DNA from: Spirochaetia bacterium
GTDB lineage: Bacteria > Spirochaetota > Spirochaetia > UBA9216
Reading direction: 5' to 3'
Length of the DNA: 64,000 nt
Assembly: GCA_965140585.1 (NCBI GenBank)
Contig: OZ223269.1
Span: forward strand, 1,216,001 to 1,280,000
In this document: piece after piece, positions 41,743 through 50,774 of the stretch
How positions within the stretch are numbered: the stretch's first letter is position 1
Layout: every line of letters starts with the position of its first letter
Translations under genes and position numbers: made by a program
The notes under the pieces: generated by a model
What the model was told of the DNA's origin: nothing
Databases searched by the model: none
What the model saw: the letters and a program-made list of their open reading frames with translations, nothing else

Positions 41743-42121
41743 GTTCTATCTCAAGGAGTTCTCTAGTTATTTCTTTTTGATCTATCCAGTATTGATCGGT
41801 AAAATCACTGCTCCAGCGGCTTTGAGGCTCCCTGGAAAGCAGATATTCGGATGTTTCAGGATTAAGGTTATCGTCATAAAGCATAAAGTCGGAAAGCAGC
41901 GGTTTCTCTGCTGACAGGGCTGAACCGTCAACGGACTGCGGAATCGAGTAACCCGCTGCCGCCGGTTTCTTTGTGCCGCGAATTATAAGGCTTCCGGCAA
42001 TCAAAATAACTGCAATCCCAATTACCGAAATAAATATTATCAGGATTATCCTAAGCTCCCTGTGACTGAAACTGAAAATTCCTGATAAATCTATCTGCGG
42101 TAATTTGAACGGGAGTTTCAT
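41702..42121 (-). CDS. Single-TM hypothetical protein
   Basis: One TM helix; ATGA-coupled to smc. Confidence 0.7.
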   Translation of the reverse strand: MKLPFKLPQIDLSGIFSFSHRELRIILIIFISVIGIAVILIAGSLIIRGTKKPAAAGYSIPQSVDGSALSAEKPLLSDFMLYDDNLNPETSEYLLSREPQSRWSSDFTDQYWIDQKEITRELLEIELEKKIREIYADVP

Positions 42122-44934
42122 GTCACCTCAGCCTTTTCTTCCTCTGAGGCGGAGGTTCTGCTGTCTATGCGGATTGAGACAGCCTTGGAAACTCCTGATT
42201 CTTCCATTGTGACACCAAGCAGCGCACTTGCTCCGGCTACTGTTTTCTTGTTATGGGTAATAACAATAAACTGTGATTTTTTTCCGAACTCCATCAGGGT
42301 GTTTACAAAGCGGCCGACATTTGCCTCATCAAGGGCAGCGTCGATCTCATCAAGGATACAGAAGGGAGAAGGCTTAACCATATAAGTTGCAAAAAGCAGA
42401 CCTACAGCTGTAAGCGAACGCTCACCACCTGAAAGAAGAGCAATATTCTCAAGCTTCTTTCCTGGAGGCTGTGCGTATATTTCAATACCTGAAGTGAGAA
42501 CCTCATCCGGTTCAACAAGCTTAAGTTCAGCACGGCCTCCGCCGAAGAGTCTTCTGAACATAACATGGAAGTTCTTCCGGAGTTTATCATAAGTATCAAG
42601 AAACAATTCGGTTGATTCTGTCCGAATCTGATTTGTAATCAACTTAAGATCGTCACGGGCTTTTTTAAGGTCCTCTATCTGATTGTTGAGAAACTCATAC
42701 CGTTCCTTGATCTCTTCATATTCTTCCGGTGCCATTAAATTGACTGAGCCCAGGCTTTTAAGAGATTCTTTTCTGGAAGAAAGCTTATCACGATAATCCT
42801 TCATTTCACCGGGAATCTCATATATGCGGGAATCGTAATCGGTAAGATCACGTGAATGTTTTTCTATAAAATTGTCATAGACATTGCGGATTTCTATCTT
42901 GATATTGGAAACTTCAATATGCAGCTCTTCAATCTGCTGCTGAATTTTCCCGAGGCCTTCCATTTTATCCTTGAGTTTCTTTTCACGGCTCTTCATATCG
43001 TTGTTTTTACGAGAAATACCGCTTTCAAGTTTTTCCAGCTCTTTGCGAAGCTGTGCTTCCTGCTTGTCGAGTTCGGCTTTTTCCTTCTCGATAGTCTGAA
43101 GCTGTTTTGTGATATTCTCAAGCCTGGAATTGCATGATTCGAGATCATTGCGGTTCTCAAGAATCAACCCCTGCTGTTCGTGCAGATCTCTTTCCTGCAT
43201 TTTAAGCGCATCTGCGGCAGATTTCAGCCTGGCCTCTAGTCTTACCCTTGTAAGCCTGAGCTCTTCAAGAGTCTTGCGGTATTCTTCAATTTTAAGAGAC
43301 AGTTTCCTGTTCTCTTCGCGGAGCAGTTTTGCCTTATCACGCATAGAGGCAATCATTTCACGGTTTTCTTCGATATTTTCATCTATTTTACGTTTCGATG
43401 CGATAATACCCTGAGGCGCCAGAAACTCATCAATGAAGGCCGGTATAGTTTCCTTGTATTTGGAAAAGGCCTCTGCAATGGAAGCAGCCATTCCTACAGC
43501 CTCAGAAAAGAAATCCTGTGAGTTCGAAATGATTTTACTGCCCTCAGACTCGGCGGCACCGGTTTTTACAGCATCCTTAAAGATTGCTATTTTTCCTTCT
43601 AGAAATATCTTGAGCCCCTGAAGCTGGTTGTTAAGTGCATCATCTGCCTCCTGCCTGGACTTCTGGGAATATCCTGTTTCCTTCAGCTTTGTATCAAGCT
43701 GTTCAACTATGTCATCGGTGATCTTCCTAAGTTCTTCCTGAAGTTCTATCTGCTGCTTTTCACCTTCATCAGCCTTCTTTTCACAGGTGATAATTTCCTT
43801 TTCATTGCTTGCAACGCGGTCGGCGGCGGTTTCGATACTTTTTTCAAACTCGGATATATTATGTTCAGTTTCCTTTATACGCTTATTCTGTTCTTCTATC
43901 TCAGTCTGGCGCTCTTTGATCTGAGTATTAATAGCCTCGATTTTCCGTTTGAGTATTTCTTCACGGGCAATACAGTTTTCGGCCTGTTTTTTAACCTCTG
44001 CCTGCCGCTCGTTGAGCATCCTTGACTGACTTTCCTTGCCTGATTTCTCAAGATCCATACCATAGAGCTTTTTCTGGTTCTCGATTAGATCAGACTCCAT
44101 GTTGTTTACTATATCGAGGTTTTCTTCAAGCGATTCATTTATCTCGTCAATTTCAGAACGAAGTTCATCCTTCTTTTTTTCTCTGTCGCTGAGCTTAGTC
44201 TCTGAATTATTCTGGTTCTCAAGAAGGTTTCGAAGCTTCAGAAGCTGTATATCAAGCTCCAGCTCAAAGATTTCATCTTTAAGAGCCCTGTATTTTACTG
44301 TTTTGTCCGACTGTACTTTAAGGGTATCGTGTGAGCGTTTTACCTCGCTGAGGATACTCTCAACCTGCCGCATATTTTCTTCGGTCCGTGCTAACTTGCG
44401 CTCAGCCTCTGCCCCACGAATCTTATATTTTGTAATACCGGCAGCTTCCTCAAAAAGGTAGCGCCTTTCCTCAGGTTTATTGGAGAGGATCTGGTCGATC
44501 TTGCCCTGCTCCATAATTGAATAAGCGGATTTTCCTATACCGGTATCAAAGAAGAGCTCTCTCAGTTCCTTGAGTTTTATCTGCGCACCGTTTACAAAGT
44601 ATTCGCTTTCACCAGAACGGTAGAGCCTTCGTTTAACAGCAATTTCAGGGAGTTCGAGTGGAAGGATTCCTGAATCATTTGATATTAGAAGGGTAACCTC
44701 GGCTACGTTAACAGCTTTTCGTGCTTCGGTTCCGTTAAAGATAACGTCTTCCATTTTCTCTGCTCTAAGAGTTTTTGAAGACTGTTCACCAAGAACCCAT
44801 TTTATAGCATCTACAACATTACTTTTTCCGCAGCCGTTGGGCCCCAGAAGTGCCGAAATGCCTTCACTGAATTCGATGTTTACCCTGTCTGCAAATGATT
44901 TAAAACCGAAAATTTCTACGCTTTTTAAAAACAC
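42118..44934 (-). CDS. smc: Chromosome segregation SMC family protein (short, 938 aa)
   Basis: GFKSF, GPNGCGKSN (Walker A), LSGGE, LDEIDAALD; long coiled coils. Confidence 0.93.
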   Translation of the reverse strand: MFLKSVEIFGFKSFADRVNIEFSEGISALLGPNGCGKSNVVDAIKWVLGEQSSKTLRAEKMEDVIFNGTEARKAVNVAEVTLLISNDSGILPLELPEIAVKRRLYRSGESEYFVNGAQIKLKELRELFFDTGIGKSAYSIMEQGKIDQILSNKPEERRYLFEEAAGITKYKIRGAEAERKLARTEENMRQVESILSEVKRSHDTLKVQSDKTVKYRALKDEIFELELDIQLLKLRNLLENQNNSETKLSDREKKKDELRSEIDEINESLEENLDIVNNMESDLIENQKKLYGMDLEKSGKESQSRMLNERQAEVKKQAENCIAREEILKRKIEAINTQIKERQTEIEEQNKRIKETEHNISEFEKSIETAADRVASNEKEIITCEKKADEGEKQQIELQEELRKITDDIVEQLDTKLKETGYSQKSRQEADDALNNQLQGLKIFLEGKIAIFKDAVKTGAAESEGSKIISNSQDFFSEAVGMAASIAEAFSKYKETIPAFIDEFLAPQGIIASKRKIDENIEENREMIASMRDKAKLLREENRKLSLKIEEYRKTLEELRLTRVRLEARLKSAADALKMQERDLHEQQGLILENRNDLESCNSRLENITKQLQTIEKEKAELDKQEAQLRKELEKLESGISRKNNDMKSREKKLKDKMEGLGKIQQQIEELHIEVSNIKIEIRNVYDNFIEKHSRDLTDYDSRIYEIPGEMKDYRDKLSSRKESLKSLGSVNLMAPEEYEEIKERYEFLNNQIEDLKKARDDLKLITNQIRTESTELFLDTYDKLRKNFHVMFRRLFGGGRAELKLVEPDEVLTSGIEIYAQPPGKKLENIALLSGGERSLTAVGLLFATYMVKPSPFCILDEIDAALDEANVGRFVNTLMEFGKKSQFIVITHNKKTVAGASALLGVTMEESGVSKAVSIRIDSRTSASEEEKAEVT

Positions 44935-45051
44935 GTCTGCTCCCGAAAATTACATACCACTTAGTTTCAGCAGTATATTAACACAGTATTTATATAAAAT
45001 CACTAAACAGCGATTATTTCATTCTTTTTTTTAGTGTGATAATATTCACCA

Positions 45052-45624
45052 ATGACAAAGCCAATAACAGCCGGAATTGATGAAGCAGGACGCGGCCCAC
45101 TTGCCGGTCCGGTCACTGCCGCAGCGGTGATTCTTCCTGATGATTTTGATATAACCATATTGAATGACTCAAAAAAACTATCAGAAAAAAAAAGGCTTGC
45201 AGCCGCCTCTGTGATACTCAAAAATGCTGTAGCCTGCTCAACAGGTTGGGCCTGGCCGTCGGAGATTGATGAAATAAATATTCACCATGCCAGCCTGCTT
45301 GCCATGAAGCGGGCAGCAGAGGATTTAGGTATTATTCCTGAAAATTACCTTATCGACGGAAAATTCGTCCCGGAACTGGATGCTCCTGCCCTGGCAGTAG
45401 TCAAAGGCGACAGCATCCATCCATGCATCATGGCAGCTTCAATTATCGCAAAAACAGCTAGAGATATGTGGATGATCCGTTATTCCTGGATAGAACCGGA
45501 ATGGCGTTTTGAAACGCACAAGGGGTATCCGACAAAAATGCATGCCGATCTCTGCCGCCAGTACGGGCTTTCTGCTATACACAGAAAGACATTTAACGTC
45601 CCTTACTCTTCTTGTTCTTCATAA
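45052..45624 (+). CDS. rnhB: Ribonuclease HII
   Basis: GIDEAGRGPLAGPV, DSKKL, KGD, AASIIAK, HKGYPT. Confidence 0.96.
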   Translation: MTKPITAGIDEAGRGPLAGPVTAAAVILPDDFDITILNDSKKLSEKKRLAAASVILKNAVACSTGWAWPSEIDEINIHHASLLAMKRAAEDLGIIPENYLIDGKFVPELDAPALAVVKGDSIHPCIMAASIIAKTARDMWMIRYSWIEPEWRFETHKGYPTKMHADLCRQYGLSAIHRKTFNVPYSSCSS

Positions 45625-45841
45625 AATCAAGAGCTTTCTGAAGTTCATGGGAGAAATGGTGCATATCCTCTTCAAAGACCACAATGGAATGGCGCTCAAA
45701 TCCGGTCCCGCCGTGTTCTTTGCTCTCAACTACATTCAGGAAAAGGTCTCCCTGCCTGTTCTCTTTCACATTGAAAAAATAGGTTCTCTTTCCTTCTGTT
45801 GTTGTTGCCTTGCAAGTAAATAATTCGCCCCTGACACCCAT
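45593..45841 (-). CDS. PUR-domain (DUF3276) nucleic-acid-binding protein, BpuR-like
   Basis: MG-RGELF...RTYFFNVKENR-GD-FLN-VESK...FERHSI. Confidence 0.88.
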   Translation of the reverse strand: MGVRGELFTCKATTTEGKRTYFFNVKENRQGDLFLNVVESKEHGGTGFERHSIVVFEEDMHHFSHELQKALDFMKNKKSKGR

Positions 45842-45879
45842 AATAACCCCTTCTCTGTTACAAAGCAGATGTAAATAAT

Positions 45880-45903
45880 AAAAAAGGCATCCCTACGGAT
45901 GCC
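45880..45903 (-). terminator. Terminator-like hairpin about 40 bp upstream of the BpuR-like gene
   Basis: GGCATCC-gtag-GGATGCC followed by TTTTTT on the minus strand. Confidence 0.65.
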
Positions 45904-46068
45904 GGTCTATATATAGAACCGCGCTTGCGGTTACAGTCAATACCCTGTGTATGGGATATATATAACGGTTATGAAAAATTTTGTCAATAAATTATATTCG
46001 GATATCCTGATGAAAATACTCTATATTTTAACTTAAATAAATATCATTTTCAAAACAGAATATGTACG

Positions 46069-47055
46069 ATGATTGAAAATGGTATCGAATTAAACAGATC
46101 ATACTATGATGAAATACTCTATACACCCGGCTTCTCAATGAATTCTTCTATCTGCAGGATTTCCGATACCCTTCTTCATCAGCATGTTTCCCTGGAACTG
46201 ATATGGGTTATCAGAGGAGAAGTGCATGTAGATACCATTTTTGAAGAAAACGTGTTGAAAGCTGAAGACTTCCTTCTTGTAGAGATAAATGATTTTCACA
46301 GAATTTATTCAAATACTGATAACGAAGTTATAATCACACACATCAATACCGGTGCTGTAAATAAAATTTGCGAACGGCGTTTTCCTGATTTTATATGCAA
46401 ATGGATAGAATCCAACCGCAGTCACGGGGAAAAAATCGATATCATTAAAGAACAGATTCTCAATTTAATTCATAACAGGCCTGAACAGCGCCAGGCGGAT
46501 GTAACTGTTGACAACATTGTCCGTATTCTACTTTATAACTTTAACTTTATGAATTATCACAATGCGGGTAAGAGCTTTTCTGCCGCATAGGAAACACGTC
46601 TGCTTGAGATTGAAAACTATCTGAAAAAAAATTATATGAAAAAAATCAAGCTTTCCGATATTTCCAGAAATGCGAATATCGATATGACATACCTTTCACA
46701 TCTGTTCAGTGAGATTTCATCATTTACATTTATGGAACATCTGAAATATATACGAACAAACACAGCATTGAACCTGCTGCTTAAATCAGAGCTGCCTGAA
46801 ATAATCAGAACTCATAAATCCTCTGCAGCTCTGCTTAAACAATATATCCGTGATGATGACGCGCTATCATGTTATTCAGAAGAACTGAGAGACAAGGTCA
46901 CCGCAGAGTATCTTTCAGGAACCAGAGTTACCGATATTATGAGTATGTACAATCTTCCAAGAACAACGGTTTATCATTGGATTAATGATAAAAAGGTACT
47001 CAGGTTGGTATCTCTGAGTACCGGAGTCTTCTGGCGGAGAACAGATACTGTCTGA
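46069..47055 (+). pseudogene. AraC family regulator pseudogene (in-frame TAG; second HTH replaced by another HTH fragment)
   Basis: Cupin-like H-H--LELIWV--G; TAG at 46588; the same frame continues YLKKNY...YLSHLF...TF-EHL--IR--A--LL, then YSEELRDKV...LPRTTVYHWI. Confidence 0.75.
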
Positions 47056-47410
47056 AATAATAACTGTTCGGATCAACAAATTTTCCATTTTCAGAGGCTA
47101 CAGCTTGTTCTTCGGTCATAAGGCATCTTCCGTTTGTTGTCAATGATATTACCGCACCGTCATCTGTTTTTAAGAGATAGCGTGTATCGATAATACCCAG
47201 TTTATTGTGATAAAGAAGGTTCCAGTCAGCGCCGAAGTCGAGATTTTTACCTTTCAGCTTGTCGCCTTCAAAGTATCCGCCCTTTATGGGACAGACTATA
47301 AGCTCACCGCGTCCGACATCTCCAACATTGATATCCGGATGCAGTTCGGCCTCCAGGTAAAAAAGTTTTTCAATCTTCAGCTCGGGCAGTTCAAGAGGTT
47401 TTTTATTCAT
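47000..47410 (-). pseudogene. DUF3237 family protein, probably C-terminally truncated
   Basis: PIKGGYFEG--LKG, GADW, DTRYLLKTDDGA-I, YYFR; ends abruptly after YYFRQYLF. Confidence 0.7.
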
Positions 47411-48281
47411 CAGTTACTCCTGTTTTCAATGTTTTCAAGATATGGATGAAAAAGCATCCTTTCCTTTCTTCCAAAATCAGACGCAAGAAACCAGTCCTCA
47501 CCTATGAGCATGGTTTTTCGCGTCTCTGTGTTGTATTTTTCCCATTCAGGGATATCCGCATGATTAGGATTTCCTTCAGCAGCGAAACCTGCCCATGAAG
47601 CCTGAATCCTGTCGGCAAGCGCCACAGGCTGATCATCTCCGGTATATTCAGTTCGGTGAAGGTTATGAAAAACGAAAGCAAGCTCCACAGCATGACCGGC
47701 ACCGACATTATCAATGCTTGACGCCCAGGTAAAGTAATACATCCACACATCATTGTGTAATGACTGAAGCTCAGCCATTCTGATGTTAGGCATGCGGAAC
47801 AAAAAATCATGGGCAAACTGAAAAGCCTTTTCACTGCTGTCCATATCGGATTTCAGGTCGTAGTATTTTTTCTTCAGAACTTCAAGATCAACTTTATCAA
47901 GATCAATTGCTGCGGCATTGGCTACCTGGTTATTGGCTTTAAGCCAGTCAAAGATTATATCGTCGAGATCATCATAGTAGAGACTACAGTACCTAAACTC
48001 ATCTGCATTAGACCCGATAATCAATTTAATATCAGATGCACATACCTCTTCAATTGCCTTGCCTTGTAGGGATTTAACGGAATAAGTTTTCCATCTGCCT
48101 CAGGGGTAAAGATTCTCTCGGCTTCATAGCCATAATAATCAGATAGTTTGTCGCAGAGTTTTGAGAGTCCATCAGCGTCAAGCTGCATGAGCCCGGCCGC
48201 TGTCTTGACTCCGGAGAGTCTTAGAAGGGTTGCTGCAATTTACAGAGCTTTCTGTTTTCTTTTATGCAGATTAAGGCTGCC
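47410..48281 (-). pseudogene. Type-B carboxylesterase, C-terminal half only
   Basis: GSLNL...*IAATLL...P--DG--IP--P, IIGSNADE, GAGHAVELAFVF, W--FA--GNP. TAA at 48240 and a frameshift at 48056-48065; nucleophile GxSxG region absent. Confidence 0.8.
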
Positions 48282-48535
48282 GATTGGATACTTGTTTTCA
48301 ACCCGCTGTTTACCCAGTAACGGGGTTACATACAGCTCCATGAATTTGTCCTTTATTGGCTGCATTGCTGCAATAACCTTAAGATCGGCTATGCGCTTTA
48401 TATCGGAATCGCTGATGTTCATGATATGTGTGATTACATTCCGGCAGTCTGATTCACCATACTGATTAAAGGCATGTTCAAATGCATCAAGCGATTCGAA
48501 CAGCTCCGTCTCCCATGTAGTGACAGTGACTCTGG
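48273..48535 (-). pseudogene. Amidohydrolase_3 (YtcJ-like) internal fragment
   Basis: QSHCHYMGDGAVRIA/(frameshift)/LDAFE...RNVITHI...DIKRIA-LKVIAAMQP...LG--R---YPIGSL. Confidence 0.72.
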
Positions 48536-48720
48536 TTCGACAACGGGATCTGTGATACCGTCCCAGCAGACCGAAACAAAAGAGATTATGCCTTCCTCCG
48601 CAGGTGAAATACCCGCAACATCAGTCATAAAAAACAGAAAATAAGTGTAAAATAAGGTTATAGGGAATTGCATCCCCCGTTTCCCATAACTTTGCCTTCA
48701 GTTTTAAGATCTACCATCAC
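48536..48720 (-). pseudogene. GPH-family (MFS) sugar:cation symporter, N-terminal fragment
   Basis: YFLFFMTDVAGISPA--GII-FVSVCWDGITDPVV; AGGAG RBS upstream; frameshifted 5' end. Confidence 0.72.
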
Positions 48721-48797
48721 AACTTCTCCTTTACAAAATACAGGTTGTTTCAATGATAAGAGGAGAAAAAAATGCGGACAATTTGTGATTTTATGTA

Positions 48798-48840
48798 ATT
48801 CATGGCTGATAGTCCAATGATCACAAAATCAGCCATGAAT
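48798..48840. repeat. 13-bp perfect inverted repeat
   Basis: ATTCATGGCTGAT-N17-ATCAGCCATGAAT. Confidence 0.7.
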
Positions 48841-48916
48841 ATTACAGAAGCTTTAAAGTAAAATTAAACCTTAAGTTCGCAATTTCAAAACTTTTAAAGT
48901 TTAGAAATTGCCTCTT

Positions 48917-49768
48917 TTATTTATTTTTTTTCAGATAGGCAAACCAGTAAATGAAGGCTACAAAGAGTCCTCCTCCGATTATATTTCCAATGGTAACGGG
49001 GATAAGATTTCCTGTTATGAATGTTCCCCAGTTAAGACCTGCAAGGCCTTCAGCAGTCATACCATGCGCAATTGCAGCTTCGGCAAGTTTTTCACTTCCT
49101 TTTGCCATTATGCCTGCGGGAATATAATACATGTTGGCAATACTGTGCTCAAATCCTGAAGTGATGAACAGCCATATAGGGAAGAAAATAGCAAAAATCT
49201 TTCCGGTTATATCCTTTGCACCCCATGCCATCCACACTGCAAGGCAGACCAGCCAGTTGCACATAATGCCGAGTACAAGAGCCTTTACAAATGACAAGTT
49301 TACTTTATAGGCGGCTATTTTAATAGTAACTGCACCAAGATCGCCGGCACTGCTGTCAAGAAGCCCTGAGAGATTCATAAACCATGCAATAAGAACAGAA
49401 CCTATAAAATTTCCTATATACACAAATAACCAGTTGCGAAGCATTCTTGAAATCTTCACCTGCTTCTGCATTACACCGGTAAGTATCAGAACATTTCCTG
49501 TAAAAAGTTCACCGCCGGCAATTATCACCAGCATCAGTCCAGTTCCGAATATAGCTCCGGCAATGGCCTTGCCTAACCCATAAGTATTGTTATCAAGAAA
49601 TAAATTAAATGCTGCCATGTTGGAACCTTCCGCGGCAAAAGCTATAAATGCTCCGGCAGCCAGCCCCAGGAACAGCATTTTTAAAATTGTCAAATCCGTT
49701 TTTTTCTTTCCGTATGAAACAGCTTCAGCGGCTATTTCTGCAGGTGACAGAAACCCTTTATCACTCAT
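48917..49768 (-). CDS. Formate/nitrite transporter (FNT) family channel
   Basis: GGELFTGN, GNFIGS, GIMCNWLVCLAVW, GFEHSIANM, GNIIGG. Confidence 0.95.
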   Translation of the reverse strand: MSDKGFLSPAEIAAEAVSYGKKKTDLTILKMLFLGLAAGAFIAFAAEGSNMAAFNLFLDNNTYGLGKAIAGAIFGTGLMLVIIAGGELFTGNVLILTGVMQKQVKISRMLRNWLFVYIGNFIGSVLIAWFMNLSGLLDSSAGDLGAVTIKIAAYKVNLSFVKALVLGIMCNWLVCLAVWMAWGAKDITGKIFAIFFPIWLFITSGFEHSIANMYYIPAGIMAKGSEKLAEAAIAHGMTAEGLAGLNWGTFITGNLIPVTIGNIIGGGLFVAFIYWFAYLKKNK

Positions 49769-49955
49769 CTAATCAACTCCGGTAAATTTATATTGTGTGT
49801 ATACATTTTAATCATAATTAAAAATTAACGCAAGTTATTCCAGTAACAGTTAATAGTTAATAATTCAGAGTTATCATTATCATAGATTATTAGTATTACC
49901 AATATTCATACATATTGTTTACTATGAGAACCATGAGTTATTAGTCGGAGTAAAC

Positions 49956-50180
49956 ATGGAATTATCTCAATTACAGTATTTCTGCAAGGTTGCTGAACTG
50001 GAACATTTTACGAAGGCATCAGATGAACTTCATATTTCACAGCCGGCCTTAAGCAAGGCTATTCTGAATCTGGAAAATGAGCTGGGGATTCCCCTGTTTG
50101 AAAGAAAAAAGAGAAATGTTTACCTCACTGAATACCAAAAGCTCGGAGAAGTTTCTGGACAGGTTGATGGATTTCTTTGA
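49956..50180 (+). pseudogene. LysR family regulator, HTH only (truncated)
   Basis: MELSQLQYF...HFTKASDELHISQPALSKAI--LE-ELG-PLFER...LTEY, then a stop at 74 aa; no effector domain. Confidence 0.8.
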
Positions 50181-50249
50181 ATTGAACTAGTTTTGAGAGG
50201 CTTATATCTTTTTTATCAGAGAAAAAAATTGTTAAAAATAAAAAAAACT

Positions 50250-50300
50250 TGACCCTGCCTCCTGTTGTAACTACTTTAGTTACAACAGGAGGCAGGGTCA
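50250..50300. promoter_or_regulatory. Perfect 24-bp inverted repeat containing the promoter, Rrf2-type operator and RBS
   Basis: TGACCCTGCCTCCTGTTGTAACTA-ctt-TAGTTACAACAGGAGGCAGGGTCA; TTGACC-N17-TACTTT; AGGAGG; last base is the A of the ATG. Confidence 0.85.
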
Positions 50301-50728
50301 TGAAAATCAGCAATCGTTTTGCTATCGGCATACATATTCTTCTCGTTATAGCTTATTTGAAGAATGATGAAAAGATAAGCTGTACATCCGAATATATTGC
50401 AGAAAGTGTCAACATCAACCCTGTAATTATACGGAAGGTGATCGCCAAGCTGAAAGCAGCCGGCCTTATCGTAGTAAAAAGCGGCAGCGGCGGGGCGTTT
50501 TTAACCGGAGAACCCGAGGATATCAGCCTTCTTGATGTGTATCGTGCGGTTGAGGTTGTGAAGGACGATGAGCTTTTTAATCTTCATAACAAGCCAAATC
50601 CAAACTGCCCAATTGGTAAAAACATAAACCCTGTTCTGGATATCGTACTAACCAAAGCAAGCAAAGCTATGGAAGAGGTGCTTAAAAGTGTTTCTATTGA
50701 ACAGGTCCTTGAAGATATTAGGACATGA
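50300..50728 (+). CDS. Rrf2 family transcriptional regulator (YwnA/HypR-like)
   Basis: MKISNRFAIGIHIL, TSE-IA-SVN-NPV-IRK, G--GG-FL, ISLLDVYRAVE, PNPNCPIG. Confidence 0.92.
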   Translation: MKISNRFAIGIHILLVIAYLKNDEKISCTSEYIAESVNINPVIIRKVIAKLKAAGLIVVKSGSGGAFLTGEPEDISLLDVYRAVEVVKDDELFNLHNKPNPNCPIGKNINPVLDIVLTKASKAMEEVLKSVSIEQVLEDIRT

Positions 50729-50774
50729 TAATCAGATATGAACAGTTTGTTCAAAAAAAACTAAGGAGTTTTAC

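Noticed and set aside
46588-46590. In-frame TAG in AraC as possible pyrrolysine or programmed read-through
   Set aside because: Neighbouring genes carry TAA stops, frameshifts and deletions, and TAG is a normal stop elsewhere in the window; decay is the simpler explanation.
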